Shown one piece after another: positions 61,201 to 64,000 of a stretch of DNA of 64,000 nucleotides (position 1 is its first letter; every line of letters starts with the position of its first letter). The notes under the pieces are model-generated. The model saw nothing but the letters and a program-made list of their open reading frames with translations, ran no database searches and was not told where the DNA came from. A program made the position numbers and the translations under genes. Source of the stretch: Chitinophagales bacterium. Lineage in GTDB: Bacteria; Bacteroidota; Bacteroidia; Chitinophagales; UBA10324. Location: positions 378,516-442,515 of the forward strand of contig JAIBAY010000004.1 in assembly GCA_019694975.1 (NCBI GenBank), in the 5' to 3' direction.

Positions 61201-62019
61201 AAAGATGCAAATGGTTGCATAAGTACTGCAAACGTTACGGTTGGTGCATTAGCGGGTCCGTCCATTGCTGCAGTAGCAATAAGTTCGGGTTGCGGAGACG
61301 GAGCTATTACTGCAACCGGCTCCGGAGGCACACCCGGGTATGAATACAGCATTGATGGAGTCAACTTCCAGTCAAACAATACCTTCGACTGCCTTGCCAT
61401 AGGCACTTATACAATTACCGTTATGGATGCAAACGGATGCCAGAGTTCAACAACGGTGAATGTGACCAATGTGCTTCCTGTTTCCTTGCTTTATTTTACT
61501 GCACATATGGTAAAAAATGTTGTCGTCCTGGATTGGTCAACTGATTCAGAATTCAACAATGACTATTTCACGGTAGAGAAATCAACCCGGGAAATTTCTT
61601 TCAATCCGATTGACACCGTGGATGGTGCAGGAAGCAGCCTGGTACCCCATTCTTATGTTGCATACGATGTGCATCCGGCGGACGGCATGAATTATTACCG
61701 ACTGAAGCAAACAGATTTCAATGGCAATTTCAAATACTCTGATGTGGTGAGTGCAGAAATGGTAAGCGCCTTTTATTTTCAGATCTATCCTAATCCTGCA
61801 GGTGAATATATTACGATAGTCACCGATCAGGTTTTTAACCATATCGGCATCAGCGATGGTACCGGAAGAAATGTCATGGAATTCAAAGGTGAATTTGGTA
61901 ATAAGACGGTGCTGCATTTGACCGGCCTCTCTTCCGGTAGCTATGTACTGAAAGCGACTTCCGGTAATGGCATGACACAATCAATTCTGTTTCTTAAGAA
62001 TTTGAATGACACAAAGTAG
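55267..62019 (+). CDS. giant T9SS-secreted SprB-repeat adhesin-like protein
   Basis: 2250-aa ORF opening at a GTG; the first in-frame ATG is 55342 (MIIFYPG...IIWLTISILQVTAQ). The N-terminus has beta-propeller-like SBBP motifs (DVDFDYAGNIYVTGG). About 17 repeats of ~78 aa follow the pattern C-x-(S/N)-x-NG-x-I-T-A...GG...Y-S-(I/L)-(D/N)-G...F...L..G.YT(V/L)T(V/I)KD..GC. A C-terminal T9SS sorting domain is present. Confidence 0.9.
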   Translation: MKHIEIYGSRTTIRLFSQSVNATLAMIIFYPGKSNYRKAADLSATRIVVGVIIWLTISILQVTAQELTSRVTSKAVNTQFINGENIAAGTNLSSTAAVFIRNVGQYGDTLSGIAGMQQIIYGYEGFDMPVLFTPRGLIYLQRTVKQPSEEAREEMERKGFSEEEIMLSGVVKERTVTMRWLNANPHPEIVASAPGTGYFTYGRLPEKALSYKKITYKELYPGIDIEYSFTASSKRGFEYKIVVRPGADLSVLQLEYGGDVVSVRQDQNGGVTVKTGIGKINETAPVTYYAEDAGSRVMLSSRLENNVLRFTAPADYDRHRTLIIDPFISAATNLTGTNAGKAKDVDFDYAGNIYVTGGGDGNVYQLAKYNASGAWQWTFNGSLSIPYWTFGTYYGGWVVEKNTGSIYLGQGFNYATGFAIVRINTAGLYDNYITATNVNFREDWKMYWSCNSGVPKILIAGGGTNSNINFGICSPPSTVLSSLNVTNIAYSTSSGWAQDIADIIIDPVTNDMYTIYGSLIGTPSLCNMIYKNTSPYSGATVSWSVNSGFTVIQEIANRPYMTGGIIENSCNVFAINSSYLFYWDGKNLKAINKATGAGVGASLTIAANTALWSGGIIADECNNVFVGSVNGTIKVYHFNGAAFDDAAKPDITITGYTTKSVYDLAYDEANTLLYASGDGFVASFDVTAYGCANTSYTITPSPNCATASVSTTLSPAPPSGSVINYYLYTGSTLVATNSTGTFTGLTPGVTYTIIAFINQTCSGTSTTADFFLPGPALTLNSTNTLCGSNTGTISASGAGGSLPYTFSIDGVLFQVSGSFTNLGAGVYTVTIKDAGGCSTTDTITIINSNGPSLSFTKTDALCSSNNGTITANGSGGAPPLEYSIDGSTFQLNNFFTGLNAGTYTLTVKDATGCLNEVIVLISNTGGPVLTATPAATYCNSNNGKITAFATGGTAPLQYSIDGNNFQVSNVFTGLAAGSYTVTVMDANGCIGSYAVTIANSAGPTVTATTTAAACGNSNGTITATGLSGTAPLQYSINGVTFQSSGFFGGLTAGSYTVTVKDANGCTSTFSTTVGNSNAPTVTATTVSATCNTSNGSVTATGSGGTAPLTFSINGFTFQASGLFSGLAPGSYTILVKDALGCIGATIVAVTNTSGPSVSAMVTPAACGANNGIITANGTGGTGLLQYSLNNGTYQVSSIFSGLSTGTYTLTVKDANGCISTITVIMTNASGLSLTASSIATPCSGSDGIVTAIAAGGVGLLQYSIDGSTFQSSNIFTGLAAGIYTVTVQDANGCSANATVTVSIIFSPTITAAVTNANCTSSNGIITATGSGGTPPYTYSIDGVNFQSSNVISALAPGTYTVTIKDAAGCTGTTSVTIINVGSGPPPSITIIKADNIPCDGSGDPGEIKVSGTGGTGPYQFSFEGGPFSNTNNWDIDTAGTYSVTIKDANGCTTTIEITISVDVAPGLTATVTNSVCGSSTGIIVASGSGGEPPYKYSLNGGPYQSSGTFSGLAPGTYTITIKDDEGDCKPSITVNVLSIGGPTVTLVKTDAMCGLINGTITATGVGNAPLTYNLNNGAFQSSNVFSGLNAGTYTVLIKDAIGCLGAAIISISAFSAPSVNAVATGTSCGLINGTITANGSGGSGTLQYSLNGTTYQTSTVFTGLASGSYTVWVVDPGGCFANSAVSVPATSSPLLTAYGIPASCGNATGSIVGTGSGGTSPYQFSIDGSTFQSSGTFSGLAAGAYTLTIKDLNDCQNTTIVNVPNLNAPTLSTSATSSKCGNANGTITGTGSGGTPPLQYSIDGVNFQSSGIFNGVAAGIYTVTVKDGNGCITTKLVDVANIEGPSTLTANIIAATCGNNNGKLTATATGGTGALSYSLDGSTYQAGTVFTPLAAGTYTLWVKDNNGCTKTITVTIPNLEGPVLTTTTSPSTCYANDGTITATATGGTVAITYNKDGGAYQSSNVFTGLASGVYVINAKDANGCISTANVTVGALAGPSIAAVAISSGCGDGAITATGSGGTPGYEYSIDGVNFQSNNTFDCLAIGTYTITVMDANGCQSSTTVNVTNVLPVSLLYFTAHMVKNVVVLDWSTDSEFNNDYFTVEKSTREISFNPIDTVDGAGSSLVPHSYVAYDVHPADGMNYYRLKQTDFNGNFKYSDVVSAEMVSAFYFQIYPNPAGEYITIVTDQVFNHIGISDGTGRNVMEFKGEFGNKTVLHLTGLSSGSYVLKATSGNGMTQSILFLKNLNDTK
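57585..61470 (+). repeat. in-frame tandem SprB-type repeat region (~17 x ~234 nt) inside the adhesin gene
   Basis: The conserved Cys...NGxIT motif recurs 17 times by hand count. The reverse-strand and off-frame ORFs in this interval are by-products of the repeats. Confidence 0.85.
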
Positions 62020-62083
62020 TTGTTGAAATTGAAACCCCTATTTGTATCGCCTTGTGCCTCAATAAAAATTATTTAGTTTACCC

Positions 62084-62610
62084 TCAAAAAGTGGATTTTA
62101 ATTGTCGGGTAATCTGAAACCGGTAAACAGTTGCATTAAAATTACAAGCGAATTGCCAGCTGTTGGTTGCCTCTTTAAGCCAGAGGTTCATGACTCGCTT
62201 AAAATTCATGGCTGCCGCAGCAGGCAGCACATTTATTTCATCGTGCATCACACCCTTCAAAAAATTCTTTCCCGTTCGGTAATCACTTTTTAAATGGCCG
62301 ATCACCGGTTCAATGGCAGCTATTCTTCCGTTTCGTCTGCGTTTTGTTTTCGTTAGTTTGTTATCCGGCTTCGGTACGCAGATGTTGGTTTCATTAGTGG
62401 TTTTTGGTCCGCGATATCCGCGGTCAACCAAAATATTTTTTGCTTTGTTTTCAGTAAGCCGTTCGTATTGCCCGAGTGCCCGGGGAAGTGTTTTGCTGTC
62501 GTGCTTAGTGTTGTTAAAATTCAGTGAACCAACAAAGACGCCGGTACAGTATATCTTGAATAACAGCTTCGGGTTTTGATGAATTATTCTGAATCGTACA
62601 TTCTATGCGA
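62084..62610 (-). mobile_element. IS5/IS4-superfamily DDE transposase remnant (N-terminally truncated pseudogene)
   Basis: The tracked ORF is MVDRGYRG...AIEPVIGHLKSDYRTGKNFLKG. The frame stays open upstream (KIYCTGVFVGSLNFNNTKHDSKTLPRALGQYERLTENKAKNILVDRGYRG) to a stop at about 62610. There is no ATG and no N-terminal domain. Confidence 0.75.
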
Positions 62611-63127
62611 GCAATAGATGCTTTTGCAAAAAAATTATCGTCTATTAAAATTCATTTATTTAATGTATGCCTTGCCAGTTTTATTATTTCTTCAAACTGG
62701 TGTAGATTGAAAAATATAATAAAAGACTAAACCAGAAAATCCAGGTGAAAAGGAAATCAAGCCGGCACATGATTAAAGTATGCTGATTTGCCTCTTTTTC
62801 TATGATTTCCATTTTGCAATTCAATCTGTCAAATACCTTGAGCTCAAGACTTTATATCGATAAAAAGGTACAGCAGCAGCTGCTAAAACTGTTTGATCTG
62901 TAAATTTGGGTGACCCATGAGGAAATCAGGTGATGCACTTTGATGGAGGCATTGCCTGAAGCATCCGGCACGGTCATAATTTTTTTTCAAATTAGGAAAT
63001 TTGATTTGGTAATTTTGATTGACGCAAATGTCTGTTAATGATGTTACTCACCAGTAATGAATAATGTCAGCAATAGTCAGGTCTAAAAATTGTATTTCTT
63101 TTCATGCATTAAAAATCAACAATCAAA

Positions 63128-63760
63128 ATGAAAGCAAATGTTATTTTTCTTTTCGCATGCCTGTTGAGCTTTAACTTGTTTGGCCAGAGCCAGGCGGAAA
63201 CATTTATCAAAGAAGCACAGGGTTATCTTGCCCAAAAGGATTACAAACAGGCACAACTCAGCCTCCAGGATGCTATTAACGACCTCAATACTTTGATAGC
63301 GAAGGATATTGCGAAGTCGTTGCCGGAAGATGTTAATGGACTGAAAAAAGATGGAGATGCTGACATCAGTACCGGCGCTATGGGAATAATCGGCGGCGGG
63401 TTAACGATTTCGCAGAAGTATAAACATCCGTCGAACCGTGACAATAATGCAGAAGTGCAGATTCTTGCCAATTCACCTTTGCTGGCCAGCATGAACATGT
63501 ACCTCAGCAATCCCAGCATGATGGGGCAGGATTATAAAAGTATCCGAATCGGTACGCAGCGGGCCATCCTGAAATCTGAAACGGATGATGTGTATGATGA
63601 TGCCGGTAACAGTAAAAAAATCCGCTCGAGTGAAATTCAGATTCCGCTCAGCCAGACATTGATTACCATCAAGGCAGATGGCTTTGCCACTGAACAGGAT
63701 GAGATTGCCTTTGCCACAAAGCTTGACCTCGCCAAATTGAAAACGGCATTGGGAGAATAA
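63128..63760 (+). CDS. hypothetical secreted protein
   Basis: 210 aa with a signal peptide (VIFLFACLLSFNLFGQSQ). No recognised motif. Confidence 0.55.
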   Translation: MKANVIFLFACLLSFNLFGQSQAETFIKEAQGYLAQKDYKQAQLSLQDAINDLNTLIAKDIAKSLPEDVNGLKKDGDADISTGAMGIIGGGLTISQKYKHPSNRDNNAEVQILANSPLLASMNMYLSNPSMMGQDYKSIRIGTQRAILKSETDDVYDDAGNSKKIRSSEIQIPLSQTLITIKADGFATEQDEIAFATKLDLAKLKTALGE

Positions 63761-63830
63761 GTTATCAGGGACTGTAAAGCCAATGCCTGTCATTTAATTG
63801 TACAAAGTCCTGCTTGCAGCCAAAGCAATG

Positions 63831-63890
63831 CAAGGGGTTTGTATTCATTTCCTTTTCATCGGAAAGAAACAAACCCCTTGTTGCTTTTGG
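63831..63890 (+). terminator. possible terminator hairpin
   Basis: Perfect 12-bp stem CAAGGGGTTTGT / ACAAACCCCTTG around a 26-nt loop, followed by TTGCTTTTGG. Confidence 0.4.
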
Positions 63891-64000
63891 TCTTCGCCTA
63901 ACGCAGTTGTAATTTGTAATCAGGACAGCTTCAATACAATACTGTCAACCGCATCAGCTCAACAATCCGCCGGGCGTTGCATACTATTGCTCCCAAAACC

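Overview
This is a chromosomal segment from a Bacteroidota-type genome. The evidence is several T9SS C-terminal sorting domains, a giant SprB-repeat adhesin, GH92 and GH127 genes, and a TAnnTTTG-type promoter candidate. I call 39 protein-coding loci, counting a truncated 5' MFS gene and an IS5-type transposase remnant, plus a 23S and a 5S rRNA gene. I could not recognise any tRNA gene or CRISPR array by eye.

Main content:
- A GlgE-pathway alpha-glucan cluster (glgE, maltokinase, glgB). It is physically broken up by repeats and small inserted genes.
- A 23S-5S rRNA unit with no 16S gene or spacer tRNAs upstream.
- An AraC-controlled PhyH / TIM-barrel / GH127 / GH92 operon.
- Many secreted or outer-membrane proteins.
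- A same-strand string of small accessory genes at 26-30.5 kb.

Observations most worth a second look:
1. Two adjacent paralogous TIR-domain proteins with PEGA-like C-terminal domains (21967-23524). No known TIR partner gene is nearby, so this is a candidate uncharacterised NADase-type conflict module.
2. A very dense family of long AT-rich hairpin repeats built on the heptad TGAATAT, whose two arms differ by A/G transitions. The mismatches are therefore G:U-compatible on one strand only. Copies bracket a four-helix-bundle (23S-IVS/Avd-like) gene inside the glg cluster, and about 7 copies form a ~180-bp-period tandem array directly upstream of the orphan 23S-5S unit.
3. A second three-hairpin mosaic repeat family that punctuates the accessory gene string.
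4. A translationally coupled solitary RnfD/NqrB-like membrane protein plus a DUF2330-like protein.

All functional calls come from motif recognition by eye. No database search was run.
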